A stretch of DNA of 64,000 nucleotides from an uncultured Gemmatimonadales bacterium (GCA_963793305.1 CAWBZV010000005.1:864001-928000), one strand, 5' to 3'. Counted from the first letter of the stretch, positions 19,835 through 31,352 are shown. Notes: a model not told the origin generated them from the letters alone. Made by a program: numbers and translations.

Positions 19835-21622
19835 ATGGACCCCCTGGTTGCCGGGGCCGACGCGTCGCTCGCGCTCGTGCAGCACTTTCTGGAGCACGCA
19901 CCAGTGGCGTCAGCGGTCGTCAGCGGTGCCGCGCACGGATGCGTCTTCACCAACGCCGCGTTCCGGCGCATCAGCGCGGACGCGGGGGTGTACGCCGGCA
20001 TAGGTGATCCCATCGCCGATGCGTTGCCCGCTGAGGCGCGCGACGATGTGAACGCGTTGCTGGACCGCGTGCGGCGAGACGGCGTCGCGGCGTACCACGC
20101 GCGCATCGGACTCCTCTGGCTGTGCGACGCGTGGCCCGTCGTGGAGGAAGGCGGACGGTTGGACTATCTGGTCGTCACGCTGCGCCAGGCGCAACGCCGC
20201 GAGGTCACGCGGATGCGCCACCGGGCGATCACCGAGCGGCTGTTGCTCGCGGCGCTGCGCGAGCAGGATGGGGCCCGCCGCGCGGACAACGCGCGCGCCC
20301 GCGCGGTGTTCCTGGCCGAGACGAGTCGGCGCCTCGGCGGGTCCCTCGGGCTGGCCGCCGCCTATGCCGCGGTCGCGACGGTCGCGCTCCCGGTCCCGGG
20401 CGCGTGGTCCATCGTCGACGTCGACCAAGCCAATGGCGGCTGGCGACGGCTGGCGATCGCGCACCCCGATCGGACCAAGGAAGCACTCGCCGGCGAGCTC
20501 GCCGGACATTGGTCGCCGGCGCCCGGCGATCCGCTTGGCGTCCCACTCATCGCGCAGTCGCGCGTATCGACGATCGTCGCCTCGGACACCGAGGCGGTGC
20601 TCGCCGGCGCGGCGCACGGTCCGGATAATCTCCGTATTCTCCGCGCCCTCGAGCTCGGCGCGCTCCTCGTCGTGCCGCTCATCGCCCACGAACGGCTCCG
20701 CGGCGCCATCACATTCGTCAACCCGATGGAGGCCGCTCCGTATACGAGCGATGACGTCGTCCTCGCGGAGGACCTCGCGGCCCGTTGCGCGAATCTGCTC
20801 GATGGCGCGCGCCGCTACGACGACGGGCGCTTGGCCCAGATCGGCGCCGACACGGCGCGCGATGACGCCGAGCACGCCAACGAGGCGAAAGACGCCGTCC
20901 TCACCTCGATGAGCCACGAGCTCCGCACGCCGTTGAACGCCATCCTCGGGTATACCGAGCTGCTGACGTTGGGCACGCAAGGACCGGTGTCCGCGGACCA
21001 GACCGAGGCCTTGAGTCGGATTCGACGCGCGGGTATGCACCTGCTCGGCCTCATTAACGATGTCTTGCAAGTCGCGCGGCTCAGCGATTCGCAAGCGCGC
21101 TTTCTCATCACCGACGTGCCCGTGGGTGAAGTACTCGATGCGGCTGGGTACATGGTCGCACCGCTCGCCGTGGCCCAGCGGCTCGAGCTGGCGCGCGTGC
21201 CCTGTCCAGTGACGCTCTCCATGCACGCCGATCGGGACAAAGTGCTCCAGATCTTGCTCAACGTGCTGGCCAACGCGATCAGGTTCACGGCACCCGGCGG
21301 GCGGGTCATCCTGGCGGCGGTACCGGTCGATCGACGCCGGACCGGGAGCGCGCCGCCACTCGCTCCACCGGCGGCCGCACAGTCGGTGCGGCTCACGGTG
21401 AGTGACACGGGGCGGGGGATTTCCCTCGACCAGCTCCAGACGATCTTCGAGCCGTTCGTGCAGGTTGGCGCGCGCTTGGCGGGCAAGGACGAAGGGACCG
21501 GGCTCGGCCTCGCTATCAGCCGCGATCTCGCGAGAGGGATGGGCGGCGACCTCACGGTCGAGAGCACGCTCGGTGTCGGATCGACATTTACTCTGATCGT
21601 CCCCGGCGTCACCGTGGTGTAA
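19835..21622 (+). CDS. PAS/GAF sensor histidine kinase
   Basis: MSHELRTPLNAI, QILLNVLANAIRF, DTGRGI, FEPFVQ, GTGLGL. Confidence 0.9.
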   Translation: MDPLVAGADASLALVQHFLEHAPVASAVVSGAAHGCVFTNAAFRRISADAGVYAGIGDPIADALPAEARDDVNALLDRVRRDGVAAYHARIGLLWLCDAWPVVEEGGRLDYLVVTLRQAQRREVTRMRHRAITERLLLAALREQDGARRADNARARAVFLAETSRRLGGSLGLAAAYAAVATVALPVPGAWSIVDVDQANGGWRRLAIAHPDRTKEALAGELAGHWSPAPGDPLGVPLIAQSRVSTIVASDTEAVLAGAAHGPDNLRILRALELGALLVVPLIAHERLRGAITFVNPMEAAPYTSDDVVLAEDLAARCANLLDGARRYDDGRLAQIGADTARDDAEHANEAKDAVLTSMSHELRTPLNAILGYTELLTLGTQGPVSADQTEALSRIRRAGMHLLGLINDVLQVARLSDSQARFLITDVPVGEVLDAAGYMVAPLAVAQRLELARVPCPVTLSMHADRDKVLQILLNVLANAIRFTAPGGRVILAAVPVDRRRTGSAPPLAPPAAAQSVRLTVSDTGRGISLDQLQTIFEPFVQVGARLAGKDEGTGLGLAISRDLARGMGGDLTVESTLGVGSTFTLIVPGVTVV

Positions 21623-21698
21623 GCCGTCCGAGCAGAGCGCGCATGAGCGTGGCTCGTATTATGCCCTGTCTCGTGTATGACATCAGGTGGAGCGCGTC

Positions 21699-21932
21699 AT
21701 GGCAGCACCGGCAATCGTGAGGCACCACGAGGATGGGCGCAATAACCCGCGCTCGCACGTCGGTGACCACGCGAGCGAGGATCCAACGATCGCTCGCGTT
21801 ATACCCCGAGGCGCTTGGCGCCGCGCGCACGTCCATCACTCGCGAGCTGAAGTCGTGGGGGTCATCCTGTGGTGGATCGTGATCGGCGCGCTCACGATTG
21901 GAAGCGTGATATTCATCATCGACCAACCGTAA
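21699..21932 (+). CDS. Small hypothetical membrane protein
   Basis: GGAG upstream of ATG; C-terminal hydrophobic stretch VVGVILWWIVIGALTIGSVIFII. Confidence 0.35.
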   Translation: MAAPAIVRHHEDGRNNPRSHVGDHASEDPTIARVIPRGAWRRAHVHHSRAEVVGVILWWIVIGALTIGSVIFIIDQP

Positions 21933-22053
21933 CATGCGACCTCGCGCGATGTAGCAGCACCATGCACGCTGTTGCTCGATCGGACTGTTGTCGGCGGCGG
22001 GGCACCTGACACGCCGGGGTGGTTGTCCGAGAGAAGTTGGCCCTGGAGGGCTT

Positions 22054-22551
22054 ATGTACGTTCGACATTACGCGCTCATCACGACCTCGCTCGCGACGCT
22101 GGCTATTGTCAGCTCCTGCAACCCGTTCGTCAGTCATCAGAAGGTCGGTCAGATCGATCCCAAGAACGCCCACTCGAGCACACAGTGGAATGGCACGCTG
22201 TCGACGACCGGCGGCATGAGCGGCGCGGTCGACATGCACGGCACAGTCTCGCTCGGTGCCAACGGACCCGGAAGCAGCCTGGCGACAATCGCCATCAGCA
22301 ACGCCGCTCCCAAGGGTGTCCATCCGTGGGAGGTCTACCGTGGCCAGTGTGGCAATGACGGTGACGTGATCGGTGCGTTCAGCGCTTATCCGCCGCTCAC
22401 GGTCAGGAACGACGGCACGGCGACGGCGATCGCGACGTTGCAGGCCGAGTTGCCGGTGACCGGCGACTATCACGTGAACGTGAACGCGTCGTCGACCAAC
22501 ATGGCGACGATCATTGCCTGCGGCAATCTCGCCGCGCCGAGCGGAGCGTAG
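22054..22551 (+). CDS. Lipoprotein of CHRD/Cu-Zn-SOD-like type, paralog B
   Basis: GGAGG Shine-Dalgarno, lipobox VSSC, same HPWEVYRGQCG, YHVNVNAS and IIACGN motifs as 17438..17929. Confidence 0.7.
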   Translation: MYVRHYALITTSLATLAIVSSCNPFVSHQKVGQIDPKNAHSSTQWNGTLSTTGGMSGAVDMHGTVSLGANGPGSSLATIAISNAAPKGVHPWEVYRGQCGNDGDVIGAFSAYPPLTVRNDGTATAIATLQAELPVTGDYHVNVNASSTNMATIIACGNLAAPSGA

Positions 22552-22560
22552 TTCGTAAGG

Positions 22561-22595
22561 CCCGCTCCTGACACTCGGCCAGTGTCAGGAGCGGG
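22561..22595. terminator. Hairpin between convergent genes
   Basis: Perfect 15-bp stem CCCGCTCCTGACACT / AGTGTCAGGAGCGGG with 5-nt loop; no clear U-tract. Confidence 0.6.
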
Positions 22596-22702
22596 ATAGG
22601 CTCAACGCAAGAGATCGCCAACCCGCGCAACGACGAATCGATAGCCACAGGCCACGTGACGACGACTTCGCATTTGTTCGCGATGCGAGGTCGCTTTCGT
22701 TT

Positions 22703-23689
22703 CTACGGCGTCGCCGCGAATAGCCGATCCGGCACGAGCACGACCTTGCCCGCCACGCCAGCCGCGACGCGCGCATACGCCGCGGCGGCTTGAGAGAGCG
22801 GGTATCGCTCGACAACGGTGAGCGGAGCGAGCGCGCCGGACTCGAACAGCGGCACGAGCGCCGTAAGGACGCGCGCACATTTGACGGCCTCGTCGGCAAC
22901 TGTGTCGACGCTCAGCACGCGGAGGCGGCGGTGATAGAACGAGAGGAGGTCGAGCGTCACCTCCCGCCCGCCCGCGGCAGAGTAGACCACCATCGCTCCG
23001 CCTGGGGCGAGAGCGTCGAGCATCGGCTGAAAGATCGCGGCGCCGACGCCGTTGAGCGCGAGGTCGCAGCCGCGGCCATTGGTCGCGGCGCGGACGACCG
23101 ACACGAGATCGTTCTGGTCCGATCTCGCGATGGCCGCGACATTGGCAACGATGCGCGTGGCCTCAGCGGCGTCTTTGACGAGCGCGACCACGTGAGCGCC
23201 ACGCGCGACGGCGAGTTGGGTCGCGGCAAAGCCGACCGCACCGGCGGCTCCGGAGGCGACGAGCCACTGTCCCTCGGCCAGCTGCCCAGCTTGCACCACC
23301 GTCCACGCCGTGATGAATGGTACGCCGATCACCGCGGCCTGCTCGTCAGTGAGATTCTTGGGGCGGAATGCAATCGCGTCGCGGGGGAGCACTACGTACT
23401 CCGCGTGCGCACCATCTCGCCGAATGCCGAGATCGCCGCCGGACCCGTACACATCACGGCCGACGAGCTCCTGAGGGCCCTCCGTGACCCGTCCGGCGAA
23501 GTCGCGGCCGAGGGTGCGCGGAAGGCGGGCGTTGGCGAAACGGCCCTCGGCGCTGACGATATCGCTGGGGTTGATCGCGGCGGCGTGGACCTCGACCAAG
23601 ACGTCGTCCGGCCCCGGCGTCGGCATCGGGATATCGCTAGGAGAGAGCGCGGTGATCGGACCGTGCGCGGCTATGCGAAGCGCTTGCAT
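22703..23689 (-). CDS. MDR-family NADPH:quinone oxidoreductase / Zn-ADH-like protein
   Basis: VLVEVHAAAINPSD, LGRDFAG, GAHAEY, GAAGAVG, GKVVL. Confidence 0.88.
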   Translation of the reverse strand: MQALRIAAHGPITALSPSDIPMPTPGPDDVLVEVHAAAINPSDIVSAEGRFANARLPRTLGRDFAGRVTEGPQELVGRDVYGSGGDLGIRRDGAHAEYVVLPRDAIAFRPKNLTDEQAAVIGVPFITAWTVVQAGQLAEGQWLVASGAAGAVGFAATQLAVARGAHVVALVKDAAEATRIVANVAAIARSDQNDLVSVVRAATNGRGCDLALNGVGAAIFQPMLDALAPGGAMVVYSAAGGREVTLDLLSFYHRRLRVLSVDTVADEAVKCARVLTALVPLFESGALAPLTVVERYPLSQAAAAYARVAAGVAGKVVLVPDRLFAATP

Positions 23690-23916
23690 TGCCTGCTAAG
23701 GATAACCCAACGCCCTGGTCGATAGACCCCTTTCAGTTCCACGCCATTGTTTCACGGCGTCCCGTGGCACGTTCGCGAAACGGTCGCTCTCGAGCGTGAC
23801 CGCGTGCCAACCATCTCGCTCGCTTCGACTTGTGCCCGTCGCACTCCGAGGCCCGCGCCCGGGTCCGGTCTTGCTATTGTACGCTCGCGTTCTCCCACGC
23901 ACACGAGGATACCGAG

Positions 23917-24831
23917 ATGATCCGATATGCAGTGCTGGCGCTCGTTGCGTCAGCGACGACGATCCAAGCGCAAAACATGATGCACGACGCGATGGCGTCG
24001 CACGATCCCAATTCCGCGCCGAAGGCGATGGTCGATCGATTCAGCGCCGCCGCCGGTCACTTGCAACTCCGCACGGCCGACAACGGCATCCCTCAGGCCA
24101 ACGCCCCCGTCGATTTCGACCACGGCCCGTTTATCACGATGGGGCACGGCCCCAAGGGCCAACTGGTCATGTACTACAACTTCGACGTCCAGCCGTCGAA
24201 GGCCGCGACGATCTATGTGTTGGTGCACGCGGGCTCGATGACGCCAGTCGAGGGCCAGTTGCCGATCATCGATGAGCTCCCCGGTGAGACCGGGTACAGC
24301 GACTTTCGTCAGGTCGTTCGCGTGACAGTACCGGCGGACTATCACACGAACACGGCCGCGAGCGTGAAGGACATCGAGAGCGCCGGTTGGCCGACGGAGC
24401 GAACCACGACGATCGTCAACGATCCGATCGTACCCGAAGGCTCGCACGCGCGCCACGGCATCGATGGACATCCCGCGCCGCTTCGCGCCGCGTGGTACCG
24501 TGGACAGACGGTGCGGTTTCTGGCATTCGAGCAGGATCTCCAGGGCGATGCCGCGGGGACCGTTCCCGTGTCACCGATCTTCGTCACGTTCGTGAAAAAC
24601 CCCGGCGAGTCCGGTGGTGGGCCCGGCTCGGGCTTCAAGACCGAGGGCGGATCGATGCAGACGCACAACGTCGTCGCCACGGTTCCCGGTGAGCCCGGGT
24701 ATTCACCCCTCTGGCAGGTGAGCGTGTACGACAACGGCGCGTTCGCGTTGGTCAGCGATCTCCCGTCGGTGGGGCGCGCCAAGATTCTTGCGCAAAGCGT
24801 CGCGCTGGTGAACTGCCCGGTCGTGCACTAG
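23917..24831 (+). CDS. Secreted hypothetical protein with internal repeat
   Basis: GAGG Shine-Dalgarno, signal peptide MIRYAVLALVASATTIQAQ; repeated PG..GYS motif and VNDPIV/VNCPVV ends. Confidence 0.7.
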   Translation: MIRYAVLALVASATTIQAQNMMHDAMASHDPNSAPKAMVDRFSAAAGHLQLRTADNGIPQANAPVDFDHGPFITMGHGPKGQLVMYYNFDVQPSKAATIYVLVHAGSMTPVEGQLPIIDELPGETGYSDFRQVVRVTVPADYHTNTAASVKDIESAGWPTERTTTIVNDPIVPEGSHARHGIDGHPAPLRAAWYRGQTVRFLAFEQDLQGDAAGTVPVSPIFVTFVKNPGESGGGPGSGFKTEGGSMQTHNVVATVPGEPGYSPLWQVSVYDNGAFALVSDLPSVGRAKILAQSVALVNCPVVH

Positions 24832-24848
24832 GGAGGACCATAGTCCGT

Positions 24849-24881
24849 CGGCCGCGGCGGCCTTGTCGGCCGCCGTGACCG
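24849..24881. terminator. GC-rich hairpin between convergent genes
   Basis: GCGGCGGCC-TTGTC-GGCCGCCGT stem, downstream of groL and of the convergent gene. Confidence 0.5.
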
Positions 24882-24909
24882 GTGGAAAAGTGCTCTTCGC
24901 GGTGAACGC

Positions 24910-26876
<1,967 letters not shown>

Positions 26877-26901
26877 GAAGACTCCCGTTCGATAGACTAT
26901 G

Positions 26902-26980
26902 AACATATACCCCGGGATGGTATCTGTCAATGTTTTGTCCTAGACATATATTTGACAGACTCACGCTTGAGGCGTATCCT
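26902..26980. promoter_or_regulatory. Back-to-back sigma70-type promoters overlapped by candidate CarH-type operator 2
   Basis: Minus TTGACA(26930-26925)-N17-TATGTT toward groS; plus TTGACA(26952)-N17-TATCCT; TGTC at 26925/26936 and GACA at 26943/26954. Confidence 0.7.
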
Positions 26981-27024
26981 TCAAGGGTCAGATCGCCACT
27001 CAGCCTTATGTCAGGAGCTGCCTT

Positions 27025-27342
27025 ATGGATGGCCCAATGCGCGAAGTCACGTTCACGCAGACGCACCGTCGCACACACCGGCGTCGCAACATCATCGTCT
27101 CGCAATTCGACGACACGAAGAGCGTGATTCCCATTCGGCCCAGTGAGGCTCCGGCTCCGGCGCTCTTGAACGACGGCCGCGCGTGGCGCTACATCGTGCA
27201 GACCGACGACGGCCCGTGGACGACGCATCGCCGTGTCGACATCTCGCTCGACGCATCGGACAGCGAAGTCGTGCTGGCGGTGGCGCGCCATCTGGCGAGC
27301 CCCGGTTGGAATCGCAATGCAGCCGTGGCGCGGATCCTGTGA
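27025..27342 (+). CDS. Small hypothetical protein
   Basis: AGGAG Shine-Dalgarno before ATG, downstream of a consensus-like promoter. Confidence 0.5.
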   Translation: MDGPMREVTFTQTHRRTHRRRNIIVSQFDDTKSVIPIRPSEAPAPALLNDGRAWRYIVQTDDGPWTTHRRVDISLDASDSEVVLAVARHLASPGWNRNAAVARIL

Positions 27343-27344
27343 CG

Positions 27345-27647
27345 ATGGCCGAACGGGAATTCGACTTCGAGGACGACAGCCGCACGTTCTCGTGCCGCGT
27401 CGAGAAGCGGAACGAGTTGGCGGAACCATGGTGGTGGTTCAAGGTCTCCGGGGACAAGCAGCGCTATGCGCCGTTTCGGGCCGCCCCTGGCGATACGAAG
27501 TACGCGATTCAGTCCCGCATCACGCTGTACTACCGCGATCTCCTGGTCCGCCGCGCAACGCCGGCGGTCCCGTGGCACCGTCGCGGGAAGCCAGTTCCGA
27601 GTCCCGTTGTGGAAACACCTCCCGCGACGGATCCAACAACGGCCTGA
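27345..27647 (+). CDS. Small hypothetical protein
   Basis: MAEREFDFEDDSRTFSCRVE...WWWF...QRYAPFRA; plausible composition, starts 2 nt after upstream stop. Confidence 0.6.
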   Translation: MAEREFDFEDDSRTFSCRVEKRNELAEPWWWFKVSGDKQRYAPFRAAPGDTKYAIQSRITLYYRDLLVRRATPAVPWHRRGKPVPSPVVETPPATDPTTA

Positions 27648-27831
27648 CCGTTGGCCTGCCGCTCAGGCGTCGCAGTGCCAGTGCACCGGCGCCGAGCGCG
27701 GCTCCGCCCAGCGCGAGTCCCGCGAAGAGGGTGAGGCCGATGGCGACTAACGCGCCTCCGACAACGACCGCCATCGCGCCGACCGCAATGGCGGTCGCTT
27801 TGTTTCGTACCGTGATCTGATACACGCGCAT
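27520..27831 (-). CDS. Small membrane protein downstream of the MerR regulator
   Basis: Starts immediately after the regulator's stop; two hydrophobic helices; 3' end overlaps the convergent ORF. Confidence 0.45.
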   Translation of the reverse strand: MRVYQITVRNKATAIAVGAMAVVVGGALVAIGLTLFAGLALGGAALGAGALALRRLSGRPTVRPLLDPSREVFPQRDSELASRDGATGPPALRGGPGDRGSTA

Positions 27832-28770
27832 CTACGTCTCCGACTGACCCGCGGCGCGGAGTGCCAGTCTCAAGTCGGTGAGACTCTCGATGACGTGGAC
27901 TCCCGTTCCCCTCAGCTCCGCGGCGATCTCGAGCGCGCCGGCTCCGCCGGCGAGCAGCGGTACGCGGGCCGCGAGTCGCACGCGCAACGTCCGCAGTTCC
28001 TGGAGCAGCAACTCGTCGTTGCCGGCTCGTGGCACCGTCACGCTGACCGCGCGAGCCGATGTGCTCGTGGCGGCCACCGCGATCTCGCTCACCGGCACGC
28101 CGGGACCGAGATACGTGACGCGCCACCCTTCGATGGCCGCTCCAGCCGTCGCCATGACGGCCTCGATCTCCTGGCGGTCGCCCACGGGAGTCGCCACGAG
28201 CAAGTTCGGGGCGTCGCCCGAGACGATGAGCACGGGCACAATGCCCTCGATGACTCGGCGGAGCGCGACGAGGACCAACTGCTCCTCGCCGGGGGCGAGC
28301 TCCCCAGCGCTGCGTTCGTCGCCGATCTGTTTCAAGAGCGGGGTCGCCACGGTGTCGAGAAACGCGCTGGCGCCGACGAGCGCGGCGGATCGCCGCAGCA
28401 GGCGCTCGAGACCGACGGCATCGAGGGCGCGCGCGCGGGCGCGAGCTTGGGCGACGTCATCCGCGGCCGTTGTGCCCGAGGTCCGTGCGCGACGAGTGGT
28501 GCCGAGTTGGCGGCGTGCTTCCTCGTCATCGCGGACCAGCCGCGCCAATTCTTTCGTGGGCAGCTTGGCAACCTGGGAAATGCCGCGTCCGGCCGCGGTG
28601 GCCAGGGCCATCAGGCGGAGTCGCTCGATATCGGCGTCGGAGTAGAGTCGCCGGCCACCATCGGTCCGCGTCGGCTCGATGGCGCGATAGCGGCGCTCCC
28701 ATACCCGGAGCACGTGCGGGCTGATGCCGGTTCGTTCTGCGGCCACTCCAATCGGATGTTCGTCTACCAT
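27832..28770 (-). CDS. CarH/LitR-like MerR-family regulator with degenerate cobalamin-binding domain
   Basis: TGISPHVLRVWERRY...RTDGGRRLYS (CarH-type winged helix); four-helix bundle plus Rossmann domain (GWRVTYLGPGVP, LAGG); His ligands replaced. Confidence 0.85.
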   Translation of the reverse strand: MVDEHPIGVAAERTGISPHVLRVWERRYRAIEPTRTDGGRRLYSDADIERLRLMALATAAGRGISQVAKLPTKELARLVRDDEEARRQLGTTRRARTSGTTAADDVAQARARARALDAVGLERLLRRSAALVGASAFLDTVATPLLKQIGDERSAGELAPGEEQLVLVALRRVIEGIVPVLIVSGDAPNLLVATPVGDRQEIEAVMATAGAAIEGWRVTYLGPGVPVSEIAVAATSTSARAVSVTVPRAGNDELLLQELRTLRVRLAARVPLLAGGAGALEIAAELRGTGVHVIESLTDLRLALRAAGQSET

Positions 28771-28771
28771 T

Positions 28772-28805
28772 TGTCAACGTTATATGATTGACATAGGTTA
28801 GTCAA
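28772..28805. promoter_or_regulatory. Candidate autoregulatory operator 3 and leaderless promoter of the regulator
   Basis: TTGACATAGGTTAGTCAA (16/18 identical to the 17381 site); TGTC 28772, GACA 28790, GTCA 28801; minus TTGACT-N17-TAACGT-N6-ATG. Confidence 0.65.
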
Positions 28806-28864
28806 CGCGACGGTCATTCCGCCGCACTCTGGTCGAACGTATGGCGCGGGGCATCCTTCCGCGC

Positions 28865-30583
28865 ATGAGACTCTCCGCCACGCTCGCTCCGCTCGCCATC
28901 ACGCTGCTGCTCTCCGGCTGCCACATCCAATCATCGTCGGGATCCGCGCAGTTCGCGATCTCGTTTCCATCGTCCGTGCACGACGGGCCCATCACCGGGC
29001 GCGTATTTCTCCTCGTCACGCGCGACTCGACGCCCGAACCGCGCGAGATAGCCGGTGGGATGTCGACCAACGTCACGATGTACGGCTCGGACGTGAGCGG
29101 CCTCCGACCGGGGCAACTCGCGATCATTACCGATTCGACGGCGGGATATCCCCTCGCGTCGCTCCACGATATCGCGGCCGGCGACTATTGGGTCCAGGCC
29201 GTGCTCAACATCTATACCGAGTTCCACCGCGCCGACGGCCACACGATCTGGGCGCACATGGACCAGTGGGAAGGCCAGCAATTCTATCGGGCGCCCGGCA
29301 ACCTGGTGAGCGCGCCGCAGCGCGTGCACCTCGATCCGGCATCAGGCTATCGCATCAACGTCGCGCTCTCCCGCGTGCTTCCGCCGGTGACTCTCCCGCC
29401 GGACACGAAATGGGTGAAGCACGTCAAGATCGAAAGCCCGATGCTCACCAAGTTCTGGGGCCACCCGATCTTCCTCGGCGCCACGGTGCTCCTGCCCAAG
29501 GGCTACGACGAACATCCCACGGCGCACTATCCGACGATCTATTCGCAAACACACTTCGGTCTCCGCCCGCCACTGGGCTTCACGACCGATACCCAACCGC
29601 CGCCTGCCCAGATGGTAGCCCTCATGCGGGGCTACAACATGGAGCCGGGCAACGTGTTCTACCACGACTGGGATGGCGCTCTCTTTCCGCGGATGATCGC
29701 GGTGACGTTCCAGCACCCGACGCCGTACTTCGATGACTCCTACGCCGTCAACTCCGCCAATAACGGCCCGTACGGAGACGCCATTCTCCAGGAGTTGATC
29801 CCGTACCTCGAGCAGCACTTTCGCATGATCCCCAAGTCGTACGCGCGCGTCCTCACGGGTGGTTCCACGGGCGGCTGGGAGTCGATCGCGCTCCAGATCT
29901 ACCATCCGGATTTCTTTGGCGGGACGTGGACGTTATATCCCGACCCCGTCGATTTCCGGCACTACGACATGGTCAATGCATACGCCGATACGAACGCGTT
30001 CACGGTGGGCGAATCGGGCGACCACATCTTTAGCCCCGTGAGTCCGTGGTTTCATCCCGACCGCATACTCGTTCGCGGCAATGACGGCCAGCCATATGTG
30101 ACCGAGCGCCAGTGGAGCGCGATGGAAGATGTGCTCGGCAGCCACGGCCGGTCAGGGCAGCAGCTCGAAGCGTGGGAGGCCGTGTATGGCCCGACGGGAT
30201 CGGACGGCTACCCGACGCCGCTCTGGGACAAGCGGACCGGGCACATCGATCACACGGTCGCGGCCTACATGCGCGATCACGGATTCGATCTGCGCGCGTA
30301 CCTCGCCGCGCATTGGGCCACGGTCGGACCCCAACTCGTGGACAAACTGCACGTCAATGTCGGCGACATGGACAACTTCTATCTCAATCTCGCCGTCTAC
30401 GATCTCCAAGCTTTTCTCGACTCGACCACCGCGCCGCACGTGCCCGGCGTATTCAACTACGGCCGGCCGGAGAAAGGCCACGGGTGGCAGCACGCGAGCA
30501 ACGCCGCGATCGTGCGCGAGATGGCGGCGGCCATCAAGCGGCACGCGCCCGCCGGGGAAAACGTCCAACAGTGGCAGTATTGA
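28865..30583 (+). CDS. Putative esterase lipoprotein (alpha/beta hydrolase)
   Basis: Lipobox LSGC, VLLPKGY, DDSYAVNSANNGPYGDA, GGSTGGW nucleophile elbow. Confidence 0.82.
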   Translation: MRLSATLAPLAITLLLSGCHIQSSSGSAQFAISFPSSVHDGPITGRVFLLVTRDSTPEPREIAGGMSTNVTMYGSDVSGLRPGQLAIITDSTAGYPLASLHDIAAGDYWVQAVLNIYTEFHRADGHTIWAHMDQWEGQQFYRAPGNLVSAPQRVHLDPASGYRINVALSRVLPPVTLPPDTKWVKHVKIESPMLTKFWGHPIFLGATVLLPKGYDEHPTAHYPTIYSQTHFGLRPPLGFTTDTQPPPAQMVALMRGYNMEPGNVFYHDWDGALFPRMIAVTFQHPTPYFDDSYAVNSANNGPYGDAILQELIPYLEQHFRMIPKSYARVLTGGSTGGWESIALQIYHPDFFGGTWTLYPDPVDFRHYDMVNAYADTNAFTVGESGDHIFSPVSPWFHPDRILVRGNDGQPYVTERQWSAMEDVLGSHGRSGQQLEAWEAVYGPTGSDGYPTPLWDKRTGHIDHTVAAYMRDHGFDLRAYLAAHWATVGPQLVDKLHVNVGDMDNFYLNLAVYDLQAFLDSTTAPHVPGVFNYGRPEKGHGWQHASNAAIVREMAAAIKRHAPAGENVQQWQY

Positions 30584-30585
30584 TC

Positions 30586-31242
30586 CTACTGTAAGTCGTC
30601 GTCGCTCTCCGCCTTCCGCTGGCGGCCTGGAGCCGTGAGCTGCTGCAGGTCGCCGGTGAGCGACTGGTACCCCGAGGGAATCGTAAAGAGCGAAGGAGAC
30701 AGCGCGGTGCGCACGACGCTCGTGGCCTTGGCCTCGAATCCGGGCGCGCCGCTGACCGACGTGCGGATCACGAGCGGAAAGCTCTTCATGCCCGGCGCAT
30801 TGCAGACATCGACCGCGATCGTGTCGGTGTGCAGCGAATAGTCGTCGCACTCGACACCGGCGATCGTCTCATGTGTGCCGGTGCGCTGCGGCTCCTGTCC
30901 GCTCCCCGCGCTCGTCATGCCGGACAGCATCCCGGCGATCGGTCCCATCCCGCCCCCCAGTCGCGCCGGGTTGACGCCAGTGGGATCGATCGCCATGTAC
31001 GCGTGGAGGTCGTGGTTGAGGGCGACCACCGATCCGGTCTGCAGATCGTAGATCACCGAAGCGGATCCGCTCCCCACCATGTCGATCCGGACCTTGGACC
31101 CTTTGACCGAGTAGCGCATCGTCGCCGCCTCGTCGTCCCCGTTCGGGACGCGATACGTGATCACACCTTCAAAGGGGCTCGACTGCGCGCGCACGACACT
31201 TGGCGATAACGCCAATGCCGCGGCTAGGACATACCGTCGCAT
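30586..31242 (-). CDS. DUF4412-like exported protein
   Basis: Signal peptide ...VRAQ, FEGVITY, KVRID, TGTHETIAGVEC, LFTIPSGY. Confidence 0.7.
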   Translation of the reverse strand: MRRYVLAAALALSPSVVRAQSSPFEGVITYRVPNGDDEAATMRYSVKGSKVRIDMVGSGSASVIYDLQTGSVVALNHDLHAYMAIDPTGVNPARLGGGMGPIAGMLSGMTSAGSGQEPQRTGTHETIAGVECDDYSLHTDTIAVDVCNAPGMKSFPLVIRTSVSGAPGFEAKATSVVRTALSPSLFTIPSGYQSLTGDLQQLTAPGRQRKAESDDDLQ

Positions 31243-31352
31243 GACGCGAATTGAAGCGAGATTCGCGCCATCTGAGGAGCCGCCGATTATCGTGGTCGAG
31301 CGGCCATGTGCTATCGCATTCTGCGACACACCTCGCACATTGCGAGAACGCG

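Noticed and set aside
26966..26985. HAIR-like (HspR) inverted repeat CTTGAGG...CCTTCAAG near groES
   Set aside because: Spacing is one base short of CTTGAGT-N7-ACTCAAG and inner bases mismatch; no CIRCE found either
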